64,000 nucleotides of DNA, from NCBI GenBank assembly GCA_934141535.1, contig CAKPCH010000001.1, positions 79,341 to 143,340 of the forward strand, read 5' to 3'. Position 1 is the stretch's first letter, and the number at the start of each line of letters is the position of its first letter. A program made the position numbers and the translations under genes. The notes below the pieces were generated by a model. That model did no database searches, was not told the DNA's origin, and saw only the letters and a list, made by a program, of their open reading frames with translations. Source of the DNA: an uncultured Bacilli bacterium. GTDB taxonomy: Bacteria; Bacillota_I; Bacilli_A; RF39; UBA660. Of the stretch, positions 27,084 to 37,924 are shown one piece after another.

Positions 27084-29444
27084 TTAATTTGGCTTTATAT
27101 TTCCTAGTAATATTTCTAAACTAGAATTTTTATCTATATTATTACCTTCAGTTATACTTTGACTTACCACATAACCATATCCATCAAATGTACAACTAAT
27201 ACCTACAATTTCACAATATTTTGAAACTTCATATTTAGACCAGTTATAAAAATTAGGAATTGTTATATTTGTACCATTTGTTAAAAGGAATACTTTATCT
27301 CCTACTACTACACTAGTTTTTTGTTTAGGATATTGTTTAATAATTTTATCTCCATCTCCAATTAGTACAACATTTATATTATTTTGTTCTAAACTAGATA
27401 TTACTTCATCTTTATTTTTATTAATATATGAAGATAGAGTAATAGATGTATCTACTTCTTCTTTAGTAGAACTACTATTCATAGCTTTATACTTAGATAT
27501 GTTTTTTATTAATTCTTTTAATGGTGTTGATAATACTAAGTTTGAATTACTACTTGGTTGTTTTGTTGCAGCATATATTATTATTTCTGGATCTTCTTTT
27601 GGATACATAAGAGCTACTGATAATATATAATCATTATCTCCTGTTAAATATCTACCATTTTCAAATATTTGAGCAGTACCTGTTTTACCTATTAAATCAA
27701 ATCCTTCTAAATAATACCTAGAACCTGTTGGACTATCGGATGCTACTACACTTTCCATTAGATCTTTAATTTTATCAACTGTTGATGAACTAACAATATT
27801 TTCTTTCTTTTTTATTTCTGTTATATTTTCTTCTTTTGTATTTTTATTTACTATTTTACTTATTATATGAGGTTTTACTAATGTACCGTTATTAGCAATT
27901 ATAGTGAGTGCTTGAAGTTGTTGTATAGCTGTTGTTGATATTCCTTGACCAAATCCAGCTGACATTAATTCTATCTCATATTTAAAATCTAATTTACCTT
28001 TTTCTTCATTAGATAATTCTATTCCTGTTTTTTTACCAAATCCATATTTTTCTAGACAACTTCTCATACTTTTAGAAGATAAATAATCTTTAATTATATT
28101 TATAATACCTACATTTGACGAATAAGTAAATCCACTATTATAAGTAAGATAACCCCAACCATTTTTATCCCAGTCATGAATTTTAGTACCATCAGAAAAT
28201 TCATAATTACCACTTAAATATGTTTTTTCTCCATCATAATTACCTGTTTCTATAGCACACATATATGTATATATTTTCATAACACTACCAGGTTCATATG
28301 TATAAGATACAAGTGGATTTTGATAACTCATATCACTAGATAAACTATTTGGATTATAAGATGGTGTTGTAGCACTTGCTAAAATAGCACCACTTTTAGC
28401 ATCCATTACTCCTAATATAGTCCATTTTGGATCATAATTATTTTTTATATCTTCAACAGCACTTTCAGCAAATCTTTGTATATTAGAATCTATAGTTAAA
28501 TATATGTCATTACCATCTACTGCTTCTATTCTCTCTTCTTTAGTATCTGGTATTTTATATCCATATTTGTCTTGTTGATATTTTATATATCCATCTACAC
28601 CTTGTAAAATATTTTCAAATTTACTTTCTATTCCAAGTTCTCCTACTATTGTACTATCAATTGTATTAACTTTATTTAAACTAGATACATTAATAAATAT
28701 AGTAGCTAAAGTATCTTCATTTGTTTTTATATATAATAAACTTGTACCTTCTTTTTTGCTTGTAATTACTTTATCATTTACTTTAACTATTTTATCATCA
28801 CTTATTGTTATTGTTACATTTGTATAATTATTAAAGAAGTTTTTATAATAGTTATATAAATCATATGATTCATTTACTCTTAAATTAATTCTTGTATATT
28901 GTTTAGCATACCCTACTATATATGAAGCAAAACTACCATTAGGATAATATCTTTTTACTGTTTCTGTAAAAGATATACCAGGTAGTCCTAAATCTTCTAT
29001 AGCTAGTTTTGTAAGCTCAGTTAGATTTCTACCTATATTTCCAAATTCTACTTGTTTAGAATTTTTATTTAAACGTTCTAATATATAATCATAATTTTCT
29101 TCACCTAAAACAGTTGATAATTTAGATGCAGTATACTCTTTATCTACTACATGTTTTGGATCGTTTTCATCTATAGTTCTTGATGAATCTAGATAAGCTA
29201 TTAAAGTATAAGAAGAAATATTTTGCGCTAAAACGTTACCTAATGCATCATATATTGTTCCTCTTTGTGCAGTAAGTGTTGATGTTACTGTATTTCTTGT
29301 AAGTGCAAATTTTTGTATATTTATACCATATACTTTTTTAGATAAACTTATATAACAAAATTGTAAAAATAGAATTGCTATTACGATAAAAAATATTATA
29401 AAGCATATTACTGGAGCATTCCATTTTGTATCTTGATTTTTCAT
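27084..29444 (-). CDS. class B penicillin-binding protein (PBP2B/FtsI-like) with C-terminal PASTA domains
   Basis: TM anchor, SVMK/SSN/KTGTA transpeptidase motifs, and two PASTA-like repeats at the C-terminus. It sits immediately downstream of ftsL in the dcw cluster. Confidence 0.85.
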   Translation of the reverse strand: MKNQDTKWNAPVICFIIFFIVIAILFLQFCYISLSKKVYGINIQKFALTRNTVTSTLTAQRGTIYDALGNVLAQNISSYTLIAYLDSSRTIDENDPKHVVDKEYTASKLSTVLGEENYDYILERLNKNSKQVEFGNIGRNLTELTKLAIEDLGLPGISFTETVKRYYPNGSFASYIVGYAKQYTRINLRVNESYDLYNYYKNFFNNYTNVTITISDDKIVKVNDKVITSKKEGTSLLYIKTNEDTLATIFINVSSLNKVNTIDSTIVGELGIESKFENILQGVDGYIKYQQDKYGYKIPDTKEERIEAVDGNDIYLTIDSNIQRFAESAVEDIKNNYDPKWTILGVMDAKSGAILASATTPSYNPNSLSSDMSYQNPLVSYTYEPGSVMKIYTYMCAIETGNYDGEKTYLSGNYEFSDGTKIHDWDKNGWGYLTYNSGFTYSSNVGIINIIKDYLSSKSMRSCLEKYGFGKKTGIELSNEEKGKLDFKYEIELMSAGFGQGISTTAIQQLQALTIIANNGTLVKPHIISKIVNKNTKEENITEIKKKENIVSSSTVDKIKDLMESVVASDSPTGSRYYLEGFDLIGKTGTAQIFENGRYLTGDNDYILSVALMYPKEDPEIIIYAATKQPSSNSNLVLSTPLKELIKNISKYKAMNSSSTKEEVDTSITLSSYINKNKDEVISSLEQNNINVVLIGDGDKIIKQYPKQKTSVVVGDKVFLLTNGTNITIPNFYNWSKYEVSKYCEIVGISCTFDGYGYVVSQSITEGNNIDKNSSLEILLGNIKPN

Positions 29445-29499
29445 AACTCACCTACCATTATATAAATATTATAACATAAAAAATATGCCGAAGCATATT

Positions 29500-29790
29500 T
29501 TATTTTACTACTATTATATTTTCATTATTATATGCAAGGCCCATATCTTTTAAAACCCCGTTTAATTTTTCGTATGATGTAAGTTCATTAACTTGCATAA
29601 CTAGGCTTTGATTTTTCTTTTCTTGATTTTCTATTTTATATGAAATTTTTTCTATATCCATTTTTAGATTACTGATACTTGCGCTTGAAAAGACTTTTAT
29701 TACAACAGTTAAAACTACACACATAACGCCTAGTGTATAAAGCATTTTTTCTCCTCTTGTAAATTTAACTATTTTTTTAGTCTTTCTCAT
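29500..29790 (-). CDS. ftsL: cell division protein FtsL
   Basis: 96 aa with a single TM and a short coiled-coil. It lies between rsmH and the PBP gene, as in dcw clusters. Confidence 0.6.
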   Translation of the reverse strand: MRKTKKIVKFTRGEKMLYTLGVMCVVLTVVIKVFSSASISNLKMDIEKISYKIENQEKKNQSLVMQVNELTSYEKLNGVLKDMGLAYNNENIIVVK

Positions 29791-29794
29791 AATT

Positions 29795-30703
29795 TCACCT
29801 AATTCTCTCTATTATTCTTAATTTAGCACTCCTAGCTCTATTATTGTTTTCTATTTCTTCTTTACTAGGATTAATTGTTTTAATAACCTTATATTTTGGT
29901 AAATATTCTTCTGGTATAACGGGTAAATGTTTTAATGTAGAATCTACTTCACTAACACTTTTAAATACTTCTTTACATATTTTATCTTCTAAAGAATGAA
30001 ATGTTATAACGCATATTCTTCCATTTACATTTAAAAGTTCTAATGATTGTTTTAAACTTTTTTCAAATACGTTTAATTCATCATTTACTTCAATTCGTAT
30101 AGCTTGAAATATTTTACGGGCTGGATGTTTTTCACGTCTATATTTTAAAGGAACATTTGCTTTAATTACTTCTACTAGTTCTAAAGTTGTATTGATTGGT
30201 CTTGATTTTATTATTCCTTTTGCAATACTACTAGAATACTTTTCTTCACCATACTTATAAAATATATTAACTAATTCTTCATAACTATAATTGTTAACTA
30301 CTTTATAAGCATCTAGTGGATTATTTTGATCCATCCTCATATCTAATCTTGCATCTTGATGAAAACTAAAGCCTCTATAATCTTCATCTAATTGTGGACT
30401 AGAAACTCCAAGATCATAAAGAATGCCATCTACTTTATATATATTTCTTTTATTTAATTCTTCAGTTATATTAACAAAATTACTGTTAATAATAGAATAA
30501 TTAGTACCAATACTACTTAATTTTTTAGAACTACTTTCTATGGCTTCTAAATCTTGATCAAAGGCGAATAAAAACCCACTTTTTATTCTTTTTAATATCT
30601 CACTGCTATGACCTGCATATCCAAGTGTGCAATCAACTATAACACTATTATCTTTTAAGTTTAGGTTTTCTATACTTTCATTTAATAATACTGATTTATG
30701 CAT
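29795..30703 (-). CDS. rsmH: 16S rRNA (cytosine1402-N4)-methyltransferase
   Basis: HKSVLLNE...[11 protein letters not shown] and [10 protein letters not shown] motifs. The gene follows mraZ. Confidence 0.9.
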   Translation of the reverse strand: MHKSVLLNESIENLNLKDNSVIVDCTLGYAGHSSEILKRIKSGFLFAFDQDLEAIESSSKKLSSIGTNYSIINSNFVNITEELNKRNIYKVDGILYDLGVSSPQLDEDYRGFSFHQDARLDMRMDQNNPLDAYKVVNNYSYEELVNIFYKYGEEKYSSSIAKGIIKSRPINTTLELVEVIKANVPLKYRREKHPARKIFQAIRIEVNDELNVFEKSLKQSLELLNVNGRICVITFHSLEDKICKEVFKSVSEVDSTLKHLPVIPEEYLPKYKVIKTINPSKEEIENNNRARSAKLRIIERIR

Positions 30704-31127
30704 TCATACCTCTAAATAAATTATCAGCTATATCTGACATATTTTCTTCATTAGAATTAATAAATTCACCCCAACGCTCTTTACTCCATATTTCAAGTCT
30801 TTCATCTACACCTATTATAATACAATCTTTTTTTAGGTCCGCAAATTGAATTAATGGATTAGGAATATTTATTCTTCCTTGCTTATCGTATTCACATACT
30901 GTAGCGCCTGATAAAAATATTCTCATAAACTGACGTTTATCTTTGGTGTCTGGTAAATCTTTATATTTACTTATAATAGTATCCCAAGCATTTTTTGGGT
31001 AAAGGAATAAACATCCATCAAGTCCTCTAGTTACGATAAAGTTTTCACCTAAATCATCTCTAACTTTTGATGGAACAATGATTCTACCTTTTGTATCTAT
31101 ACTATGATGATACTCCCCCATAAACAT
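30696..31127 (-). CDS. mraZ: transcriptional regulator MraZ
   Basis: [21 protein letters not shown] with two DXXXR-containing halves. The start was moved to the internal Met at 31127, which is preceded by the RBS ggtgggtga. The ORF track begins at 31172. Confidence 0.85.
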   Translation of the reverse strand: MFMGEYHHSIDTKGRIIVPSKVRDDLGENFIVTRGLDGCLFLYPKNAWDTIISKYKDLPDTKDKRQFMRIFLSGATVCEYDKQGRINIPNPLIQFADLKKDCIIIGVDERLEIWSKERWGEFINSNEENMSDIADNLFRGMNA

Positions 31128-31481
31128 AAGAATCACCCACCTTTTACCACTTTCTTGCACCTTGTACCACAATTATATCTTTTTTCTTTATATTTGTAAA
31201 TACCTTTTTAAAAAAAAGTAATAAAAAAAAGCACAATTATGTGCTATTTTGACAATGTAATTGCTAAAGAATCAGTTGTAAACTCTTTTACCTTATTATT
31301 TAAATAAGTTGTCATTAAAAGAACTATTGCTATACCTACTAAAAATATAAATAAATATACAAAAGCCAAATCTAAATTCCTAAACAAAATATTTTTCTTT
31401 TCTTTTACTTGTTCCATATTACCCTCTCAATATCATATACTATATTTATAATAGCACACTTCTAACGTTTTTTCAAACATT

Positions 31482-32120
31482 TTATAATAATTCACTTCTA
31501 GAAATTACAAATACTTTATTATTAGTATAGAATGCATAAAAAACATCTTCTAATGATAGATTTTTATTTTTTAATATATTTAAAATCCAATTATAATCTT
31601 TATTAATCTCTTTTAATACTTCATAATCTATTGCTCCATCTAGTATGAGTGGTAATGGATAATCTGAATCATCTTTAAATACTGATAGATCTCCATTATT
31701 TTCTAATACTGCATATTTAACTTTATCTATACTTTTTACTCCTTGTAGTCTTAATTGTGTTAATAAATCATCAAGCGAATATCTAAGTTTTGACATTTCT
31801 GTAAAATTTAATTTACCATTCTTTATTATTATTGTAGGTTTACCATCTATTAAATCTCTTATTCTTTCATTTTTTAGTGTTATATAACTTATTAACATTT
31901 GAACTAATACAAGTACAAGTATTGGTACTACAGATATTAATATGTTAGAGTCTTTAGATTCTATTGAGAGCGCTATTAATTCTGCTATTAATATTGATAC
32001 AATTAAATCTACTATACTTAATTGCCCTACTTCTTTCTTACCCATTAATCTATATACAAATATAACAAAAAAATACATAAATATAGTTTTTAATACTAAT
32101 ATAAGATACATAGATATCAC
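31482..32120 (-). CDS. DUF421 (YetF-like) membrane protein
   Basis: N-terminal TMs with RLMGKKEVGQLSIVDLIVSILIAELIA, the hallmark of the DUF421 family. Confidence 0.65.
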   Translation of the reverse strand: MISMYLILVLKTIFMYFFVIFVYRLMGKKEVGQLSIVDLIVSILIAELIALSIESKDSNILISVVPILVLVLVQMLISYITLKNERIRDLIDGKPTIIIKNGKLNFTEMSKLRYSLDDLLTQLRLQGVKSIDKVKYAVLENNGDLSVFKDDSDYPLPLILDGAIDYEVLKEINKDYNWILNILKNKNLSLEDVFYAFYTNNKVFVISRSELL

Positions 32121-32172
32121 CTACTTTATAATGAACATAAGCATATTTTTTTATACAAAAGAATAATAATTA

Positions 32173-32553
32173 ATGGGTGATATATTGATATATATTAAAA
32201 ATTTAGGTATTTCTATCATAAGAACTATTATATCTATTATTTCTTTTACATTTTTTATAACTATATTAAGTTACTTTAATATTTTAAATGATAAAATATG
32301 TTCTATATTCAAAATATTAATACCTGTTATATCTCTTTTTATAGGTGGATTTTATATGGGTAAAAAAAGTAGGAATAAAGGATATTTAGAAGGATTAAAA
32401 TTTGGATTAATTTTTTGTCTTTTATTAATTATTTTTAATTTAATTGTTTTTGGTTTTACTTTTGAAATTAAATATATTTTATTTTATATAATAATTATAA
32501 TCTCTTCTACATTAGGAAGTATGATAGGAATAAATAAAGCAAAAAGGAATTAG
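32173..32553 (+). CDS. small integral membrane protein (4 predicted TMs)
   Basis: The 126-aa ORF is almost entirely hydrophobic. It is convergent with secDF. Confidence 0.4.
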   Translation: MGDILIYIKNLGISIIRTIISIISFTFFITILSYFNILNDKICSIFKILIPVISLFIGGFYMGKKSRNKGYLEGLKFGLIFCLLLIIFNLIVFGFTFEIKYILFYIIIIISSTLGSMIGINKAKRN

Positions 32554-34856
32554 CAATTAATTCCTTTTACTTTTAATTCTTCTTTTTCTTTTTTGTTATC
32601 ATCATACCAATGTTTATTAGGATCTTTTCCTATACTTTTCTTTTCTATACTCATCCATATTTGACTTGATATAAATAAACTTGAGAAAGTACCACATAAT
32701 AGTCCTATTAAAAGTGCTATATTAAAGTTATTTATTTCATGTGAACCTAATATAATTAAACTAACTACTGGGAATAATGTTGTTATTGTTGTTATAAGAC
32801 AACGATTAATAGTTTGATTTAAACTTATATTTACTATATCTTTTAAATCATCATATTTTTTAATTTTATTTTTATATAGTAATTTTTTATTTTCTCTTAT
32901 TCTATCAAATATAACTATTGTATTATTTATTGAATAACCTATTATTGAAAGTATAGCTGCAATAAACATACTATCTACTTCAAGTCTTAATAAAGCAAAG
33001 CCAATAATTACCATTAAACAATCATGTACAAGCGCTATTATAGCACTCATTCCATAACTAAATTTAAATCTTATAGTTATATAAATAATCATACCAATAC
33101 ATGCATATATTAAAGCTTTAATAGCATTTCTTGTAATATCTTTTTTAACTTGATTAGAAATAGCTCCAACACTTGTAGTAGCATCATATGCTTCATTAAA
33201 ATAATTTTCTACTTTAGTAGTTTCTTCATTATTTAGAACATCTTTAATAGTTATATATGCTGTTGTACTATCTATCATTTCTATTTTTTCTGTTTTATAA
33301 TTTAATTCTGATAAATCTTTTTGTATATCTTTTTCATTTAATTTACTATTAGAATTAATTTCAATAGTAGATCCACCTTTAAAATCAATTCCAAAATTTA
33401 ATCCTTTATTATAGATGAATATACCACTTACTATTATAATTAAACTTACTATTATAAATGTTAATTTTTTATATTTTACAAAATCAAGTTTTCTTTCTTT
33501 TTTAGATTCTTTATAATTAATAAATAATCTTGTATGTCCTTCAAAAATAGAAGTATTTACTAATAATTTTAACATATATCTATTTAGATATACCATAACT
33601 ATAAATGTTACTATAATACTTATAATTAACATAGTAGCAAATCCTTTAACGCTACTTTGACCAAATATAAATAATATTATGGCTGCTATTAATGTAGTTA
33701 TATTAGCATCTAATATTGATATAAAAGATTCTTTACTACCAAGAGAATATGCTGTTTTTAAACTTACTCCTCTTTTTAACTCTTCTTTTATACGAGCAAA
33801 ACTAATTACTGCAGAGTCAACTGCCATTCCTATACCAATAACAAGAGCAGCAATTCCTTGTAAAGTAAGTCTTCCACCTATTAAATTAAATATTAATAAA
33901 GTTAAGAAAGTGTATGCTAAAATACTAACACTTGCTACTATACCACTTATATTGTATAAAGCAATTAGTAAAAGTGCGATTGCTGTTATACCAACAATAC
34001 CTGCTACAAATGTTTTTGAAAGTGAATTTTCACCAAATGAAGCGCTTACAGTTTTTGAAGATATTTCTATTAACTTAGTAGGCATACTACCACTATTTAT
34101 TAAATCTACTAAATTTTGTGCTTCTTCTTTTGTGAATTTACCTTGAATAATTACGTCACTAGCAAACCCTTGTGATACTCCTGCATAAGATAAACAGTTA
34201 GAATTAGCTAAATCTCCACAAGCATGGAAACTAGATTCACCTGATTCATTAGTTTCATAATATCCATAATACTTACCCTTGTGCTCTAATGTTGTACCTT
34301 CTTTATAATCTAACCATATAGTTATATAATTATTTTCCATTTCACTAACTTTTTTAGTTTGTTTATAAAATTCATCATAATCTTTAACACTTAAAGAAAT
34401 ATAATATCCTTTAGAAGCATCATATCCTACACTAGCTTTACCACTATTTAAGACATCACTATTCATAAGTAAATTACCTTCTGTATCTCTAAATGTAAGA
34501 TTAGCTGTTGTACTAATAGTTTTTCTTGCCTCATCTATATTGTCAACACCTGCCATTGTAACACGTATATTATTACCCTCTATAGATATTTCAGGCTCAC
34601 TAACTCCTAATACATTAATTCTTTTTTCTATAATTTTATATGTACTGTTAACCATATCAGTAGTAACATCTTCGTCATTAATACTATCAACTTGATATAA
34701 AACCTCAAACCCACCTTGTAAATCCAATCCATAATTTAAATTTTTGATTGAATAAAAAACACCTACTATTGAAATTAATAATACAAAAACCAACATTAAT
34801 ATTGATTTAGTTAAACTAGTTTTTTTGTTTTCTTTTTTATTTGCCATACTAATCAT
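32550..34856 (-). CDS. secDF: fused protein-export membrane protein SecDF
   Basis: SecD start GLDLQGGFEVLYQV followed by SecF start GIDFKGGSTIEI. 12 TM segments. 768 aa. Confidence 0.9.
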   Translation of the reverse strand: MISMANKKENKKTSLTKSILMLVFVLLISIVGVFYSIKNLNYGLDLQGGFEVLYQVDSINDEDVTTDMVNSTYKIIEKRINVLGVSEPEISIEGNNIRVTMAGVDNIDEARKTISTTANLTFRDTEGNLLMNSDVLNSGKASVGYDASKGYYISLSVKDYDEFYKQTKKVSEMENNYITIWLDYKEGTTLEHKGKYYGYYETNESGESSFHACGDLANSNCLSYAGVSQGFASDVIIQGKFTKEEAQNLVDLINSGSMPTKLIEISSKTVSASFGENSLSKTFVAGIVGITAIALLLIALYNISGIVASVSILAYTFLTLLIFNLIGGRLTLQGIAALVIGIGMAVDSAVISFARIKEELKRGVSLKTAYSLGSKESFISILDANITTLIAAIILFIFGQSSVKGFATMLIISIIVTFIVMVYLNRYMLKLLVNTSIFEGHTRLFINYKESKKERKLDFVKYKKLTFIIVSLIIIVSGIFIYNKGLNFGIDFKGGSTIEINSNSKLNEKDIQKDLSELNYKTEKIEMIDSTTAYITIKDVLNNEETTKVENYFNEAYDATTSVGAISNQVKKDITRNAIKALIYACIGMIIYITIRFKFSYGMSAIIALVHDCLMVIIGFALLRLEVDSMFIAAILSIIGYSINNTIVIFDRIRENKKLLYKNKIKKYDDLKDIVNISLNQTINRCLITTITTLFPVVSLIILGSHEINNFNIALLIGLLCGTFSSLFISSQIWMSIEKKSIGKDPNKHWYDDNKKEKEELKVKGINC

Positions 34857-35136
34857 CTACTTTCATATTTTCTAAATTAGGTTTTATTACTTTTTTCCTT
34901 ATTTCTTCTTTTACATAATTATCAATTAAATCATTATCTAAATTTAAAATATCATCTACCATTTGATAAAGAAGTAAATTATTTGCTTTCTCCCATTTAT
35001 TAATCTTCAAATAATTCCATATATCTTCTTTCTTTATATAATCTAAATCATATTTTTTTAACTCATTTAACTTGGTGTTTAAGGCTGGAGTAAGTCTTTC
35101 ATATAACTCTTTAATACTAGAAAATTCTATATCCAT
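34849..35136 (-). CDS. post-transcriptional regulator (ComN/YrzD-like)
   Basis: 95 aa with WNYLKINKWEK...LYQMVDDILNL. It sits immediately upstream of secDF, as in Bacillus. Confidence 0.5.
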   Translation of the reverse strand: MDIEFSSIKELYERLTPALNTKLNELKKYDLDYIKKEDIWNYLKINKWEKANNLLLYQMVDDILNLDNDLIDNYVKEEIRKKVIKPNLENMKVDD

Positions 35137-35272
35137 AAAATTACCTCCTAATATTTTTAATCAATACATATATATTATATATGAAAACAAATATTTTTTA
35201 AATGTTTTTTGTTAATTTTTTTAAATTTAATAGTTTGTACATTTTTTATTTATTATTGAATAAAATTTTAAT

Positions 35273-36568
35273 ATGAAAAATAAATTTATTAAATCTACTC
35301 TAATTTTAATTATTGGAGGATTCTTTACAAAATTACTTGGAATGGTTATAAAAATAGTTTTAACACGTTTAGTTGGAACTACTGGTATTGGTCTTTATTC
35401 TATGATAATGCCTACTTTCTTACTTCTAATTAATATTTCTCAATTAGGTCTACCTACAGCTTTAAATGTCTTAATATCAAGTGATAAATATAATACCAAA
35501 AATTTAGTATTTACTTCTATTATAATATCTCTTACAATTAATTTAATTATATTTTTATTATTACTTTTTACTAGTAATTATCTAAGTATAAATATGTTAA
35601 ATGATGAAAGGCTTAGATTTGGACTACTTTCTATTGGATTTGTATTACCTTTTATTACAGTATCTAATTGTCTTAGAAGTTATTTTTTTGCTAAAGAAAG
35701 AATGTGGCCTCATGTAATTACTAATATAATAGAAGATCTAGTTAAACTAATATTAATTGTAGTTGGTTCACCATTCTTTCTTAGTAAAGGTTTTGAATAC
35801 TTAGTAGCTTATATAATACTCACAAATATAGCATCAGAATTATCAAGTATAATAATATTTTTATTCTTAATACCTAATTTTAAATGCAGTAAAAAAGATC
35901 TTACTCCAAATAAAAAAAATATAAAATCTCTACTTCAAATAGCCATACCAACTACAGGTAGTAGATTAATAGGCTCTATTGGTTATTTCTTAGAACCCAT
36001 TATAATAACTTATGTATTATTAAAAATAGGATATACAAATAACTTTATAGTAAATGAATATGGAATAATAAATGGATACGTTATGCAACTGGTACTACTA
36101 CCATCATTCTTTACAAGTGCTATATCACAATCCCTAATACCTTTAGTATCTAAAAATTATACAAATAATAATTTCAATAACATTAAAAGAAAAATAAGAC
36201 AAGCAATTATTTTCTCTTGTCTTATAGGTATACCTGCTACTATTGCTTTTGAATTATTTCCAGATTTATTATTAAAATTATTATTTAATACAGATAAAGG
36301 AGTAACTTATATAAAAGTAATTGCGCCTATTTGTCTTCTTCATTATATACAATCCCCAATATCAAGCAGTCTTCAAGCTATGAATAAAGCACGTATCTCT
36401 ATGTTAGGTACATTACTTGGTATGATAATTAGAACAGTTAGTCTATTTATATTTTCATATCTTCATATAGGACTTTGGAGTTTAATAATTGCTACTAGTA
36501 TTAATATTGTTTTTGTTACTGTTTTTGATTTTATAAATGTTAAAAGAATATTAAAAAAATGTCATTAA
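35273..36568 (+). CDS. MOP-superfamily polysaccharide/lipid-II flippase-like protein (SpoVB family)
   Basis: N-terminus KSTLILIIGGFFTKLLGMVIKIVLTRLVG. Multi-TM. Located next to comN-secDF. Confidence 0.65.
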   Translation: MKNKFIKSTLILIIGGFFTKLLGMVIKIVLTRLVGTTGIGLYSMIMPTFLLLINISQLGLPTALNVLISSDKYNTKNLVFTSIIISLTINLIIFLLLLFTSNYLSINMLNDERLRFGLLSIGFVLPFITVSNCLRSYFFAKERMWPHVITNIIEDLVKLILIVVGSPFFLSKGFEYLVAYIILTNIASELSSIIIFLFLIPNFKCSKKDLTPNKKNIKSLLQIAIPTTGSRLIGSIGYFLEPIIITYVLLKIGYTNNFIVNEYGIINGYVMQLVLLPSFFTSAISQSLIPLVSKNYTNNNFNNIKRKIRQAIIFSCLIGIPATIAFELFPDLLLKLLFNTDKGVTYIKVIAPICLLHYIQSPISSSLQAMNKARISMLGTLLGMIIRTVSLFIFSYLHIGLWSLIIATSINIVFVTVFDFINVKRILKKCH

Positions 36569-36584
36569 CTTTGACATTTTTTTA
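36557..36584 (+). terminator. rho-independent terminator after the SpoVB-like gene
   Basis: Stem aaatgtca / tgacattt with a 7-nt loop, then ttttttt. Confidence 0.45.
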
Positions 36585-36622
36585 TTGTATTTATTTTTTG
36601 ATAATAATTTTAGATTAAATTT

Positions 36623-36952
36623 TTACTTTGATTCAACAACCTTTTCAAGAAAGATCTTTTCTTCAAAAGCACCACGCTTTTTCACTTTTTTATCTGCAAT
36701 TGTTATGACATCGTTTAAGGCTTTGTTTTCTAAACTTGCTAATGCTCTAATTACTTCTAACATATCAGCTAATTCTTCTACACGATCATCTCCTATTGCT
36801 TCAATTACTTCTTTGTACTCTTCATATAATTTCTTTTCTAATTCTTTTTTATATTCATTTTCATCTAATATTCTTACAAAAGGTGTTTCACCTGTTGCTT
36901 TTATTATGTTTGGTATTTTATCTCTTACTAATTTATTATATATTCTTTCCAT
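36623..36952 (-). CDS. MazG-like nucleoside triphosphate pyrophosphohydrolase (small all-alpha NTP-PPase)
   Basis: MERIYNKLVRDKIPNII...EEYKEVIEA...EELADMLEVIRALA with an EExxE/D metal-binding pattern. Confidence 0.55.
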   Translation of the reverse strand: MERIYNKLVRDKIPNIIKATGETPFVRILDENEYKKELEKKLYEEYKEVIEAIGDDRVEELADMLEVIRALASLENKALNDVITIADKKVKKRGAFEEKIFLEKVVESK

Positions 36953-37033
36953 TCTTAATTCTCCTTACTTAATAATTTTTTAATACGAATTGTTTATAAA
37001 AGCACATAAAAATCCCTTTTATAGGGAATGTTA

Positions 37034-37174
37034 TTTGACATTAATAGAAATATAGGAGTTTCTTATATCCTTATTTCTTTCATCATACTTTTTAGTACTT
37101 ATAGAACTTATAATTGTAAATCCTAAAACCACTACTAAAAACATAACCATTCCTTTACTTTTAACTAATTCCAT
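37034..37174 (-). CDS. unannotated small single-TM peptide (47 aa)
   Basis: rc ATG at 37172-37174 preceded by gaaagaaggtaa. Product MELVKSKGMVMFLVVVLGFTIISSISTKKYDERNKDIRNSYISINVK. Absent from the ORF track because it is shorter than 60 aa. Confidence 0.25.
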
Positions 37175-37206
37175 ACTATTACCTTCTTTCTGAAATTATC
37201 ATATCA

Positions 37207-37220
37207 CGAACATTTATTCG
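37207..37220. promoter_or_regulatory. LexA (Cheo/SOS) box upstream of lexA
   Basis: CGAACATTTATTCG compared with the Gram-positive consensus CGAACnnnnGTTCG (one mismatch). It lies ~90 bp upstream of the lexA start. Confidence 0.5.
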
Positions 37221-37306
37221 TGTCAACACTTTTTTATAAAAAATAAAACATTTGTTTGACATATGTAAATAATTATGTTAAACTATAAATGTTGGGAGGA
37301 ATAAAA

Positions 37307-37924
37307 ATGGAGAAATTAACAAAAAGACAAAGTGATGCTCTTGATTTTATAAAATCTTATATAGTAGCGCACGGTTATCCACCTACTGTAAGAGAAATAG
37401 CGCAATCTATTGGTGTATCTTCACCTGCTACTGTGCAAGCACACCTTGATTGTTTAGCTAGTAAAGGATATATTAAAAAAGGTAATAATAAAAATAGAAC
37501 TATAGAACTTATGGTAGATAATGAATATTTAAATAAGAATGAAGATGTTGTAGAGGTACCTTTGCTTGGTAAAATTACTGCTGGAAATCCTATTGAAGCA
37601 ATTGAAAATCCAGATGAGTTCTTTTCACTTCCTGCATATTTGATTCCTAAAGATAAGGAAGTATTTACTTTACATGTTAGTGGAGATTCTATGATTAATG
37701 CTGGAATACTTGATGGAGATATAGTTATTGTAGAAAGAAGAAATACTGCTAGAAATGGTGAAATTGTTGTAGCAATGACAGAAGAAAATGAAGTTACTTT
37801 AAAAACTTTTTATAAAGAGAATGGACATTTTAGATTACAACCTGAAAATGATACTATGGATCCATTTATATTTGATAATGTTTTTATTCTTGGTAAAGCT
37901 ATAGGATTATATAGAAAAATATAA
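37307..37924 (+). CDS. lexA: SOS repressor LexA
   Basis: N-terminal wHTH LTKRQSDALDFIKSYIVAHGYPPTVREIAQ. Ala-Gly cleavage site context. S24 peptidase Ser (GDSM) and Lys. Start set at MEKLTK, which follows the RBS gggagga. Confidence 0.9.
   Translation: MEKLTKRQSDALDFIKSYIVAHGYPPTVREIAQSIGVSSPATVQAHLDCLASKGYIKKGNNKNRTIELMVDNEYLNKNEDVVEVPLLGKITAGNPIEAIENPDEFFSLPAYLIPKDKEVFTLHVSGDSMINAGILDGDIVIVERRNTARNGEIVVAMTEENEVTLKTFYKENGHFRLQPENDTMDPFIFDNVFILGKAIGLYRKI

Noticed and set aside
36585-36983. 132-aa plus-strand ORF overlapping the MazG-like gene
   Set aside because: The minus-strand frame gives a recognisable MazG-like NTP-PPase with EExxE motifs. The plus-strand product is low-complexity Ser/Phe-rich.
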